A program made the position numbers and the translations under genes. From positions 1-42,657 of the forward strand of contig JBGUEF010000002.1 in the NCBI GenBank assembly GCA_041821485.1: a DNA stretch of 42,657 bases, written 5' to 3'. Positions 9,631 through 19,592 of this stretch are shown here, piece by piece; the stretch's first letter is position 1; every line of letters begins with the position of its first letter. The notes below the pieces were generated by a model, which did not search any database, had not been told where the DNA came from, and saw only the letters and a list, made by a program, of their open reading frames with translations. Origin of the DNA: Deltaproteobacteria bacterium. GTDB taxonomy: Bacteria; Myxococcota_A; Polyangia; Polyangiales; Houyiibacteriaceae.

Positions 9631-11304
9631 GTGAGTCCGACGGTACAATTGCTCGACGATACGCTGATCGACCAGATTGCGGCCGGCGAGGTGATCGAGC
9701 GGCCCGCCAACTTGGTCAAGGAGCTCCTCGAGAACGCCATCGATGCCCGAGCGACCGCGATTACCGTGTCAGTGGAAGACGGGGGGCGGGGTCAGGTGCG
9801 CGTGGTCGACGACGGAGTCGGAATGTCGCCCGAGGACGCTGCTCTCAGCATCGAACGCCACGCCACCAGTAAGATCACGGCATTTGAGGACCTCGTGCGC
9901 GTCTCGACGCTAGGCTTCCGCGGAGAGGCCCTGCCATCGATCGGGTCTGTCTCCAGGATGACGATCATCACCCGGCCGAAGAAAGACCTGGAGGGCACGC
10001 GGGTCGTCGTCGAAGGCGGAGAGGTGCGGGAAGTGTCGCCCGCGGGCTGCCCTCCTGGCACGACCGTCGAGGTGAATGATCTCTTCTACAACGTGCCAGC
10101 GCGAAAGAAGTTTCTTCGGGCACGTCAGACTGAAACTTCACGAATCTTCGAGGTTTGCCAACGGGTCGCGCTGAGCCACCCGGAGCTGCGCCTGGTCGTA
10201 ACCTCCGACGGGCGCACCGCGAGGCAGTACCTGCCAGCGAAGAACCTCGCGGAGCGCGCGTATCAGGTCTTCGGCGATGTTGCGCTCCAGGAGATCCACG
10301 CCGAGCGAGATGGGGTGATCCTCGACGCTGTCCTGGCCCCGGTGGAGCTCGCCCGTGCGGGGGCGCGCCACCTCTTCCTATTCGTCAACGGTCGGCCCAT
10401 CGTCGACCGTGGACTGGCTCGCGCGATCGCGTTCGCGTACGGAGACCGATTGCCCCCGGGGCACTACCCGCGCGGCGTGGTCTCCCTTCGTCTTCCACCG
10501 GAAGACGTCGACGTAAACGCTCATCCCCAAAAGACCGAGGTGCGGTTCAAGCAGACCGCCCAACTGGTGGATCTCGTGACCCGAATGGTCGCCGCCCGGC
10601 TTCCTTCTGCACCGCCCGGCGATGCATATTGGGAGGCACGCATCGGAGGGTCTGGTCCAATGCAGGACGGCGGCGCGACAGCCGCCGGCGAGGATCTGCC
10701 TGCCGGAGCGGCATCGGTTGCACAGCTCAGCGGCAAGTATGAAACGCGGAGTCCAAACGGGCTTCGCTTCATCGCTCAGGTTCGCGAGCGCGTACTCATC
10801 TGCGAGGGCGAGGATCAGCTCCTGATCCTGGACCGTCACCGAGCCGACGCGCTCGTACGCTACGACACGCTTCGCGAAGCGGCGTCCGCCGGGCAACTCC
10901 CTCATCAGGATCTGCTCTTTCCCGACCGGCTGGAGCTTGCGCCGTCGACGGAAGCCACGCTCGAACGGCATGGAACGCTGCTGCGGTCCCTCGGGTTCGA
11001 TTGGTCTTCGCTCGGTGGGGGTTCGCATGTCGTGCGCGCAATCCCTGCACTCGTCGGGGACGCGCGGGCAACAGAGCTCTTCCGGGACGCGCTCTCGAAC
11101 CTGGGCGACGGCGGCGGCGCTCAGAAGGACGCTGTGCTTCGGGCGCTCGCAAGCCGCGCGGCCGCCGCCAACGGCGAACCTCTCGCCGACACCGACGCCC
11201 AGCGGATCGTCGCACGCGTCTGGCCAAGCCGTGACGCCCATCGTTCTTGCATCGTCGCCCGCGTTCCGCTCGCTTCGCGAAGCACCGAGCACGACCATGC
11301 CTGA
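9631..11304 (+). CDS. mutL: DNA mismatch repair protein MutL
   Basis: N-terminal GHKL ATPase motifs (IAAGEVIERPANLVKELLENAIDA, DDGVGM, TLGFRGEAL). GTG start. 557 aa, with a short linker. The C-terminal domain is divergent (see findings). Confidence 0.9.
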   Translation: MSPTVQLLDDTLIDQIAAGEVIERPANLVKELLENAIDARATAITVSVEDGGRGQVRVVDDGVGMSPEDAALSIERHATSKITAFEDLVRVSTLGFRGEALPSIGSVSRMTIITRPKKDLEGTRVVVEGGEVREVSPAGCPPGTTVEVNDLFYNVPARKKFLRARQTETSRIFEVCQRVALSHPELRLVVTSDGRTARQYLPAKNLAERAYQVFGDVALQEIHAERDGVILDAVLAPVELARAGARHLFLFVNGRPIVDRGLARAIAFAYGDRLPPGHYPRGVVSLRLPPEDVDVNAHPQKTEVRFKQTAQLVDLVTRMVAARLPSAPPGDAYWEARIGGSGPMQDGGATAAGEDLPAGAASVAQLSGKYETRSPNGLRFIAQVRERVLICEGEDQLLILDRHRADALVRYDTLREAASAGQLPHQDLLFPDRLELAPSTEATLERHGTLLRSLGFDWSSLGGGSHVVRAIPALVGDARATELFRDALSNLGDGGGAQKDAVLRALASRAAAANGEPLADTDAQRIVARVWPSRDAHRSCIVARVPLASRSTEHDHA

Positions 11305-12229
11305 AAAGCTCCAACCGCTTCTGGTCATTGCGGGACCGACTGCCACCGGCAAGACCGCCACGGCGATCGAGCTGGCGCGTCACTTCGACGGCGAGCTCGT
11401 GGGCGCCGACAGCGTGCAGGTCTACCGGGGATTCGATATCGGGTCCGCCAAGCCGACGGCAGATGAGCTTGGAGGCGTGGCGCACCACTTGCTCGATGTG
11501 CTCGACCCCGATCAGAACATAGACGCCGTGGCCTATGCGAACCTCGCAGATGATGCGATTCGAGCCATTCGCGCCCGCGCGCGTCTTCCGGTCGTGGTCG
11601 GCGGTACGGGGCTGTGGATCCGGGCGCTCATCCGGGGGCTCGTCGACGTCCCGCCCGTTGACCCCGACGTCCGGCACCGCCTCGAAATGGACGCGGCCAC
11701 CGAAGGTGCGACCGCGCTGCACGCGAGACTGGTCGAGGTCGATCCGATTTCTGCTGACGCGGTCCATCCGAACGACGCCCTTCGAATCGTGCGCGCTCTC
11801 GAAGTCTATGAGCAAACCGGAACGCCGCTCGGAACCCTTCGTGCGGAGCACGCTCTCGGAGAACCCCGATACCGTGCGGTGTTCATCGTCCTCGACATGG
11901 ACCGCGAGGAGCACGCCGCAGTGATCGAAGACCGCGCGCAGCGGATGATAGCCAACGGCTGGATCGACGAGGTCCGCTCGCTGCGTACGCGATGGGGCGA
12001 CGATATCCGCCCGTTCGGAAGCGTGGGGTACCGTGAGGTCCTGGCGCACGTGCGCGACGAGGTCCCTCTCGAAGAGACTGTGCGCCGGATCCGGAAATCG
12101 ACCCGCATCTACGCTCGCCGGCAACGAACCTGGTTCAAAGGGGAGCCCGGTGTAGGCTGGCGGAGCGAGAGCGCCGACCTCCTTGGCCCGAGCTCCCTCG
12201 CTCGGATCGCAGAGGAACTGAGGGTTTGA
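11297..12229 (+). CDS. miaA: tRNA dimethylallyltransferase
   Basis: The ATG at 11297 gives MPEKLQPLLVIAGPTATGKTATAIELA (P-loop), followed by DSVQVYRGFDIGSAKP. It overlaps the mutL stop by 8 nt. mutL-miaA synteny is classical. Confidence 0.93.
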   Translation: MPEKLQPLLVIAGPTATGKTATAIELARHFDGELVGADSVQVYRGFDIGSAKPTADELGGVAHHLLDVLDPDQNIDAVAYANLADDAIRAIRARARLPVVVGGTGLWIRALIRGLVDVPPVDPDVRHRLEMDAATEGATALHARLVEVDPISADAVHPNDALRIVRALEVYEQTGTPLGTLRAEHALGEPRYRAVFIVLDMDREEHAAVIEDRAQRMIANGWIDEVRSLRTRWGDDIRPFGSVGYREVLAHVRDEVPLEETVRRIRKSTRIYARRQRTWFKGEPGVGWRSESADLLGPSSLARIAEELRV

Positions 12230-12852
12230 ACTTCTTCGGACATGCAGTCGTCGCCGGCTGGGACGACCGCCGAGCAGGACACCTGCTCGGCAGCATGTTG
12301 CCGGACTTCGAAACCATGGTCCGCGTCCCGCTGCTCGAGGTTCGCGACCCCGACATTCAGCGCGGAATCGACATACACCACCGAACTGACGAAGCGTTTC
12401 ACCGGACACCCGCGTTCCTGGCCTTCTGCGCTCACGCTCTGAACGAGCTCACCGATGCCGGCGTCCGCCGTGGAACGGCCCGCGCCGTGGGTCACATCGC
12501 AAGCGAGATGTTTCTCGATGGCTGGCTGGCTCGCGAGCAGACTCACATCGACGACTACCTAGCTGCGCTGGATCTCGAAGTGGACGACCTTCTGGGCTGG
12601 CAAGACGACGGCTATGCCTTTTCGAAGTTGCACACGAGGCTGACCTTGTGGGGTGCGCCGCGCGACTACGCCAAGCCTTCTTTCGTACTGGCGCGAGTCT
12701 CCGACGCCCTTCACAATCGCCCGGCCTTGGCCGTGCTAGAAGAGCAATCAGCTCCAGTGGCAGAATACCTCCCGTCGCTTCAGCAGCTCGTGGAGCGTGA
12801 CGCCGCGGAATTGCTCCACGAGCTTCGGGACGCGCTAGGCTCGGAATACTGA
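12226..12852 (+). CDS. ACP phosphodiesterase (AcpH)-like protein
   Basis: MNFFGH...LLGSMLPDF...GIDIHHRTDEAFH resembles the E. coli AcpH N-terminus (MNFLAH..LLADF..GIHMHRRIDVLTD). The TTG start overlaps the miaA stop. The family call was made by eye only. Confidence 0.55.
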   Translation: MNFFGHAVVAGWDDRRAGHLLGSMLPDFETMVRVPLLEVRDPDIQRGIDIHHRTDEAFHRTPAFLAFCAHALNELTDAGVRRGTARAVGHIASEMFLDGWLAREQTHIDDYLAALDLEVDDLLGWQDDGYAFSKLHTRLTLWGAPRDYAKPSFVLARVSDALHNRPALAVLEEQSAPVAEYLPSLQQLVERDAAELLHELRDALGSEY

Positions 12853-12853
12853 A

Positions 12854-13828
12854 ATGCTCGAAGAGGGGGGAAGACGCAGCGCAGGCGGCGAGAAACGGCG
12901 GCGCTACCTGAGGTGGGGCCGCATCGGGGTCACGGTTGCGGCAGTCGCTTACCTCGCGAGCCGCGTGGAGCCGCGCGATGTGATGAACGCCTTTCAAAGG
13001 CTCTCGCTTGGGGCGGCGCTGGCGGCGATTTCGGTCGTCCTGTTCGGTCTCGCGTGCGGTATGGTTCGATGGCGACTCTTGCTTCGAGCCTACGGGGCCA
13101 TCGACCTCCCCCCTTGGCCTCGAATCGCGCACCTTTACTTGGTCGGCCACTTCTACAACACGTACGCCCCGGGCGGGGTGGGCGGCGATGTCATTCGCGG
13201 CGTGGCTGGCCGCAAGGCCTTCGGGGATCTCGACTGGGCCAGCGCCACCAGCGGCGTGGCAGTCGTGTTCATCGAGCGGGTCATCGGCGTCTCTGCTCTG
13301 CTCGTGCTTGCTGCGGGCGCCTACTTGATTTACCCGATCCCCGCGATCGAGAACGTGGGCCTCTGGGCGGCTCTGGGCCTCGCAGCGGCCGGAGCAGCGT
13401 TGATCGGCATCGGCGTCGCCCCAAAGCTCGCGCCGTACCTACCAGAAAAGCTCGGCAAGCCGCTTCGAGCGCTCCCGCGGCTCTACTCGATCTGGCCTTT
13501 TCTAGCCGCGATCTTCCTCTCGCTGATCATTCACTCCTGCAACGTCCTCGCCGGCCACGTGATCATCCACTCCCTGGAGCCCTCGGTCACCTTGGCGGAA
13601 TCGACGGTGCTGATGCCGCTGATCGGCGCGTCCGCCTTCTTCCCGTTCACCGTCGGTGGAGCAGGAGTTCGAGAGGCGGCGTTCGCGGCGCTCTACGGCA
13701 CGGTCGGCGTGCCTGAAGCCACTGCCTACGCAGCCTCACTGGGCTTCTGGGGCACACAGCTGATCTCCGCGGGAATCGGCGGCGTGATCAATTTAGTGGT
13801 TCCGCTCTCTGGCAGAGAAACCGACTGA
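12854..13828 (+). CDS. flippase-like / lysyl-PG-synthase TM-domain family membrane protein (UPF0104-type)
   Basis: About 8 predicted TM helices, with the characteristic HFYNTYAPGGVGGDVIRG motif. It starts 2 nt after the preceding stop codon. Confidence 0.7.
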   Translation: MLEEGGRRSAGGEKRRRYLRWGRIGVTVAAVAYLASRVEPRDVMNAFQRLSLGAALAAISVVLFGLACGMVRWRLLLRAYGAIDLPPWPRIAHLYLVGHFYNTYAPGGVGGDVIRGVAGRKAFGDLDWASATSGVAVVFIERVIGVSALLVLAAGAYLIYPIPAIENVGLWAALGLAAAGAALIGIGVAPKLAPYLPEKLGKPLRALPRLYSIWPFLAAIFLSLIIHSCNVLAGHVIIHSLEPSVTLAESTVLMPLIGASAFFPFTVGGAGVREAAFAALYGTVGVPEATAYAASLGFWGTQLISAGIGGVINLVVPLSGRETD

Positions 13829-13900
13829 GCAGCCATCCCCTCCTCGGCGAGGTGTTCGAACTTTGCGTCCTTGTCCGCCTCTCCTGCTAACCTCTGAGTG

Positions 13901-14415
<515 letters not shown>

Positions 14416-14419
<4 letters not shown>

Positions 14420-15129
14420 GTGATCTCGACCTGAGTGTCATCATCTTTGCCTTCAACGAAGAGGCGAACATCGGTCCGGTGCTAACCGAGCTCCGGCAAT
14501 GGCTCGCCACCAACGAGCCATCGTCCGAAATCGTATTCGTCGACGATGGCTCGTCCGACGGCACCTCCGCCGAGGCCGCCAAAGCTCTGTCCGGCACCGT
14601 GCACCAGCTGGTTCGCCACGAGACCAACCGCGGCATCGGTGCGGCGCTCAAGACCGGTGTGCGCGCGGCCCAGGGCCGCTGGGTCACGTTCCTTCCGGCG
14701 GACGGCCAAATCGCGCCGGATGCGATTGGCACGCTTCGCGCGGCGGCGTCCCAAAAGCAAACAGATGTAGTATTCAGCGTGTACGAGCATCGGGACGACG
14801 GCTTTCATCGGAGGGTCCTGTCGGCCGGCGTGCGCGCGCTGATTCTCCTGATCCATGGCGTCCGCATGCAGAGCGACGGCCCGTACCTCTTCCGGCACTC
14901 CCTGTTCGACGCGGACCAGCTCGTACCCGACACGTTCTTCCTGAACTTCGAGTTTCCGATTCGAATGTTGGGCGCGCAGGTTCCGGCGACCGTGGTAACG
15001 ATAGGTTGCAGGCCTCGCCGTTCCGGACACTCCAAGTCGACGGGCCTCAATCGAATCTACGGCGTTGCGCAGGACCTCCTCGATCTCCGTATTCGACGCG
15101 TGAAAGAGTCGCTCGGCCGGCGGGTTTAG
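14416..15129 (+). CDS. family-2 glycosyltransferase (polyprenyl-phosphate sugar synthase-like)
   Basis: LSVIIFAFNEEANI...VFVDDGSSDGT, and DGQ in place of the DxD region. ATGA overlap with the acetyltransferase gene. Confidence 0.85.
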
Positions 15130-16673
15130 CCCTCGAGCTCCGTCGCGCCTTTCAAGCGGTCCCGAAGTGTCGACCTCGGAATGCCCAGTGCCCGGGCGGC
15201 CGCAGACATGTTGCCACCGTAGTGCTCGAGCGCCTCACGGAGGGAGTCGGCCGAATGGCGTACCGCCAAGGGCTCAGAAACACGGCGAAGCGAACGTTCG
15301 ACGGCTGCAAGGTCGATCACCGCCCCGTCGCTATCGACCGCGGCGAGCTCCAGCACGTTTCGGAGCTCACGGACGTTGCCCGGCCACGGATACCCGTGGA
15401 GACGTTCGAGGGCCTGCGGCTCGATGCGTCGTTCACCCAGTTCGGGCTGCATCTGGTGGAGAAAGTGCTCGGCCAGCCGTGTGATGTCGTCGGGCCGGAC
15501 GCGCAGCGGTGGAACCTCGACGATGAGGCGATGGATTCGATAATAGAGGTCCGAGCGGAATCGCCCCTCCTGCACCATCGCGCGCAAATCTCTGTGGGTC
15601 GCGCACACCAATCGAACATCGACGCGGCGCGTGCCTTCGCTGCCGACACGCCGGACATGCCACGTCTCCAACACGCGAAGGAGTCTCGCTTGGAGATCGG
15701 GCGGCAGCTCCGCGACTTCGTCGAGAAAGAGCGTCCCGCCGTGCGCCTGCTCAAATGCCCCGCGGTGCGCTTGGATTGCCCCCGTGAACGCCCCGCGCTC
15801 GTGTCCGAACAGCTCGCTCTCGATGAGGTCGCGCGGAAGCCCACCACCGTTGAGAGGCACGAACGGCCCATCTTGCCGCCGACCGCGTTCGTGAAGCGCT
15901 CGCGCCACATGCTCTTTGCCGACGCCCGTCTCGCCTCGGATCAGGACGGGCCAAGGCAACCTCGCAAACCGATCGACCTCCGCCATCACTGAGAGCATCG
16001 CGCTCGATTCGATGACGACCTCCGAAGGTGCGTTCGCGGCGGTGCCCCGGTTCACCACGCGAAGCTCGGTTCGGCCCACGCGGACCACCGCCCCAGGCCG
16101 AAGCTCGTGCCGTCGGATACGCAGGCCGTCGACCCAGGTGCCGTTGGTGCTGCCGAGGTCGCGAACCGATACGCCCAGCGACGACGGCTCGATTCGGCAG
16201 TGGTATTGGCTCACTGCCCGGTCAGACAACGCGATCGCATTCCCGGCTGCACCGCCCACTGAAATCGGTTCCTCTCCGACGTGGAACGCGCGTGCGCCAA
16301 CACCACGACCCCCTACGAGCGAAAGCCGCCGCGCCCCCCCACCGCGGCCGCGGAGCAGCTCCGTTCCCCCGGGCTCGAAGAGGACAGGCGCCTCGGCCTT
16401 TAGGCGAGCGACGGAGTACCCCGCCCCCACGGCAATCCGCTGCCCGATTGGGACGACGGAGCGTGCCCCCAGCGCCGGCCCGCTAGCTAGGTCGTAGACG
16501 TACACGGTGCCCCCGTGAGGCTGAAAGAGCAGCGCTCGCGCGGGCACCCCCGCGTCGTGAATGACGATGTCACAATCGGGGTGCGAGCCGACCTCGACCG
16601 CGGCAGCGCCCATCGGAAACGCACGGATGCGCCGGCCAGAGCGGCACAGGCACAGCGTATCGCCCAAACCCAT
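15126..16673 (-). CDS. sigma-54-dependent transcriptional activator with tandem N-terminal FHA(-like) domains
   Basis: Canonical FHA (VSQYHCRIE...GSTNGTWVDG) preceded by a degenerate FHA-like segment. AAA+ core with GETGVGKE and the GAFTGA loop. C-terminal Fis-type HTH (AAARALGIPRSTLRDRLK). Confidence 0.9.
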   Translation of the reverse strand: MGLGDTLCLCRSGRRIRAFPMGAAAVEVGSHPDCDIVIHDAGVPARALLFQPHGGTVYVYDLASGPALGARSVVPIGQRIAVGAGYSVARLKAEAPVLFEPGGTELLRGRGGGARRLSLVGGRGVGARAFHVGEEPISVGGAAGNAIALSDRAVSQYHCRIEPSSLGVSVRDLGSTNGTWVDGLRIRRHELRPGAVVRVGRTELRVVNRGTAANAPSEVVIESSAMLSVMAEVDRFARLPWPVLIRGETGVGKEHVARALHERGRRQDGPFVPLNGGGLPRDLIESELFGHERGAFTGAIQAHRGAFEQAHGGTLFLDEVAELPPDLQARLLRVLETWHVRRVGSEGTRRVDVRLVCATHRDLRAMVQEGRFRSDLYYRIHRLIVEVPPLRVRPDDITRLAEHFLHQMQPELGERRIEPQALERLHGYPWPGNVRELRNVLELAAVDSDGAVIDLAAVERSLRRVSEPLAVRHSADSLREALEHYGGNMSAAARALGIPRSTLRDRLKGATELEG

Positions 16674-16740
16674 GGCGCAGATATCGACCGGTTCTCCCGG
16701 CGGTTGCGCAGACGCCTCGGGTCCCTAAGCTCCGGGCAAC

Positions 16741-17835
16741 GTGTCCGAAGCACTTCGTGAAACCTCACTCACCGACGAGCACCGGGCTCTTGGCGCGCGG
16801 CTCGTTCCCTTCGCCGGTTGGCGCATGCCCGTACAGTACGAGGGCATCAAAAAGGAGCACGAAGCGGTCCGCACTCGCGCCGGGCTCTTCGACGTGTCGC
16901 ACATGGGCGAGATCCTGGTCGAAGGCCCGCAGGCGGTCGCGGCCATCGATCGGCTCGTCACCAATGACGTGTCGAAGCTCGCCACCGGCAAAGCGCTGTA
17001 CACAGTGTGCTGCAACGAGCAGGGGCACATCCTCGACGACCTCATCGTATACCGGTTGGAAGACGAGAAGATCTTGGTCGTGTGCAATGCATCCAACCGC
17101 GACAAAATAGTCGGCCATTTCGCAAAGAACCTGAGCCTCGGGACACCCTGGAACGACGTGTCGGATGCATGGGCGCTCCTCGCGCTGCAAGGTCCGAACG
17201 CCGTGGCGGTCATGAAGGACTTGGGTGCGCCAACGAGCCTGCTCGAGCTTCCGTACTTCAGCGTGACCCGTGCGAGCGTGGCGGGAGTGGATCTCTGGGC
17301 GGCCCGAACCGGCTACACCGGCGAAGATGGCTTCGAGCTCTTCTGCGGGAGCGAGGACGCCGTCACCGTGTGGAGGGCGTTGCTCGAGGCTGGCCAGCCC
17401 CACGGGCTGCAGCCCGTCGGTCTTGGCGCGCGCGACACGCTCCGGCTCGAGGCCCGGCTCATGCTCTATGGCAACGACATCACCGAGGAGACCCACCCGC
17501 TCGAGGCGGGGCTCGGCTGGGTGGTGAAGCTCGACGCCGGAGACTTCGTCGGCAGGGATGCCCTCCGGGCGATCAAAGCCGCCGGCCTCGGGCGGAAGCT
17601 CGTGGGTTTCGAGATGATCGGACGCGGAATTGCACGCCATGGCTACCCGATCGTGGCCGGCGGAGAGGCCGTCGGGGAGGTCACGAGCGGCTCCCCAGGG
17701 CCGACGGTTGGACGGAACATCGGTCTCGGCTATGTGCCCCTGGCCCTCGCCAAGGTCGGGACCGCGTTGGGCATCGAGATCCGTGGCAAGGTAGTCGACG
17801 CCGTGGTAGTGAGGACACCGTTTTACAAGAGGTGA
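16741..17835 (+). CDS. gcvT: glycine cleavage system aminomethyltransferase (T protein)
   Basis: 364 aa, GTG start. Contains LVPFAGWRMPVQY, DVSHMGE and ARTGYTGEDGFE. Confidence 0.95.
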   Translation: MSEALRETSLTDEHRALGARLVPFAGWRMPVQYEGIKKEHEAVRTRAGLFDVSHMGEILVEGPQAVAAIDRLVTNDVSKLATGKALYTVCCNEQGHILDDLIVYRLEDEKILVVCNASNRDKIVGHFAKNLSLGTPWNDVSDAWALLALQGPNAVAVMKDLGAPTSLLELPYFSVTRASVAGVDLWAARTGYTGEDGFELFCGSEDAVTVWRALLEAGQPHGLQPVGLGARDTLRLEARLMLYGNDITEETHPLEAGLGWVVKLDAGDFVGRDALRAIKAAGLGRKLVGFEMIGRGIARHGYPIVAGGEAVGEVTSGSPGPTVGRNIGLGYVPLALAKVGTALGIEIRGKVVDAVVVRTPFYKR

Positions 17836-18230
17836 TGATGGCGACGTACCCAAGGAACCTGCAGTACACGCGAGAGCACGAATGGGCGCGCATCGAAGAT
17901 GACGTCATTCGCGTCGGAATCACCGCGTACGCCGTCGAGCAGCTCGGTGACGTGACGTTGGTCGACATGCCGGCTCCCGGGGAAGACGTCCAGGCCCACG
18001 AACGCTTCGGCGACATCGAGTCGGTCAAGACCGTGAGCGAGCTGTTCGCGCCGGTGAGCGGAGAGGTCGTGGAGGTCAACGCCGATCTCGAGTCGAGCCC
18101 GGAGCTGGTGAACGAAAACCCTTACGAAGAGGGCTGGCTGGTCATCATCCGTCCTTCCGACCAAGCCGAGCTCGAGGGGTTGATGGATGCCGCCAAGTAT
18201 GAGGAGTACCTCGGAACGCTCGACGGCTAA
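17835..18230 (+). CDS. gcvH: glycine cleavage system H protein
   Basis: MMATYPRNLQYTREHEWAR..., with the lipoyl-lysine context ESVKTVSELFAP. ATGA overlap with the gcvT stop. Confidence 0.93.
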   Translation: MMATYPRNLQYTREHEWARIEDDVIRVGITAYAVEQLGDVTLVDMPAPGEDVQAHERFGDIESVKTVSELFAPVSGEVVEVNADLESSPELVNENPYEEGWLVIIRPSDQAELEGLMDAAKYEEYLGTLDG

Positions 18231-18245
18231 GCAACCGGTACGAAC

Positions 18246-19592
18246 GTGAGATACCTTCCGCACACCGACGAGGAGATTCGAGTGATGCTCGCGCGCGTCG
18301 GTGTCGAGCACATCGACGAGCTCTTCCAAGCGATCCCTGCGTCGCATCTTCTCAATCAGGCCCTCGACGTCGAGCCGGCGCTCGACGAACCGAGGCTCAT
18401 GCAACACCTGTCCTCGCTCGCGAACGCAAGCAAGGGGGCCAACATGCTGTCGTTCCTCGGTGGAGGAATGTACCAGCACCACGTGCCGCCGGCCGTCGAC
18501 CAGCTCCTGCAACGAAGCGAGTTCTACACCGCGTACACGCCTTACCAGGCGGAGCTCTCGCAAGGCACGCTCCAAGGCATCTTCGAGTTTCAGACGATCG
18601 TGTGTGAGCTCCTCGGCACCGAGGTGGCCAACGCCTCGATGTACGATGGCGCGAGCGCCGCCGCGGAGGCCGTGCTGATGGCACGCCGCGCCAAGCGGCG
18701 CACTCATGTGGTACTGAGCGACGGGCTGCATCCGGAGTACATCGAGACCATTCGCACCTACGTGCAGGGCCTCGACACCGAGGCAACGATCACCCTGGCG
18801 CCGATCGCCGCCGACGGCCGGACCGACTGGGACGCAGCCCGAGGCCTGGTCACCGACAAGACCGCCGCGCTGGCGGTGGGCTATCCGAATTTCTTCGGCT
18901 GCGTCGAGGACCTCGATGCCGCGCGGGCCGTGGCCGACACCCACGGTGCGCTCCTGGTGACCGCAACGGCCGAGCCCTATGCCCTCTCTGTGCTTCGCGC
19001 CCCCGGAGCGTGTGGCGCCGACATTTGCGTCGGTGAGGGGCAGGCGCTGGCTGTCCCGCCTCAGTACGGCGGACCAGGGGTGGGCCTGTTTGGTGCATCG
19101 CAAGCCCTGGTCCGGCAAATGCCGGGCCGGCTCGTCGGACGAACCGTCGATGCAGACGGCTTCCCGGGCTACGTCCTCACCTTGTCGACCCGCGAGCAGC
19201 ACATCCGCCGCGAGAAGGCCACCTCGAACATCTGCACCAACCACGGCTTGATCGCGCTCTCCATGGGGATGCGCACCGCCATGCTCGGTCGCCAAGGTTT
19301 CCAGCAAGCCGGCCAACGCTGCCTCAACGCTGCGCACTATCTCCGGTCGGGAATCGAAAAGCTCGAAGGCTTCGAGGTTCCGTACGCTGCCGCCGTATTC
19401 AATGAGCTGGTCGTGCGCAGCCGCGGCCCCCGCGCAAGCGACATCGTCAGTCGCTTGCTCGAACAAGGCATCATCGCGGGCATCGACCTCGGCCGCTTTC
19501 GAGATGACTGGCGCCAGGACCTCTTGATAGCGACCACCGAGCTCCACACCCGAGACGAACTCGACCGCCTCCTCGAAAGCCTCGCCAGCTAA
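18246..19592 (+). CDS. gcvPA: glycine dehydrogenase (decarboxylating) subunit 1 (P-protein alpha)
   Basis: 448 aa, GTG start. Contains MRYLPHTDEE, FLGGGMYQHHVP, YTPYQAELSQGTLQ and EKATSNICTN. Confidence 0.93.
   Translation: MRYLPHTDEEIRVMLARVGVEHIDELFQAIPASHLLNQALDVEPALDEPRLMQHLSSLANASKGANMLSFLGGGMYQHHVPPAVDQLLQRSEFYTAYTPYQAELSQGTLQGIFEFQTIVCELLGTEVANASMYDGASAAAEAVLMARRAKRRTHVVLSDGLHPEYIETIRTYVQGLDTEATITLAPIAADGRTDWDAARGLVTDKTAALAVGYPNFFGCVEDLDAARAVADTHGALLVTATAEPYALSVLRAPGACGADICVGEGQALAVPPQYGGPGVGLFGASQALVRQMPGRLVGRTVDADGFPGYVLTLSTREQHIRREKATSNICTNHGLIALSMGMRTAMLGRQGFQQAGQRCLNAAHYLRSGIEKLEGFEVPYAAAVFNELVVRSRGPRASDIVSRLLEQGIIAGIDLGRFRDDWRQDLLIATTELHTRDELDRLLESLAS

Noticed and set aside
16674-16740. 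Possible glycine riboswitch or sigma-54 (-24/-12) promoter upstream of gcvT.
   Set aside because: The spacer is only 67 nt and lacks the conserved glycine-aptamer core. The GG and TTGC elements present (GGTTCTCCCGGCGGTTGC) have the wrong spacing for TGGCAC-N5-TTGC.
16765-19547. Very long ORFs antisense to gcvT (16765..17853) and gcvPA (17823..19547). Similar cases lie opposite or overlapping mutS2 (6085..7125), the kinase (7749..9872), mutL/miaA (10796..12409; 10378..11361), the sigma-54 activator (14499..15992), sppA (20749..22119) and others.
   Set aside because: Their products are Arg/Pro/Gly/Ala-rich with no recognisable motifs. The opposite or alternative frame encodes a full-length protein with clearly conserved motifs. 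Such shadow ORFs are the expected artefact of high G+C and scarce stop codons.
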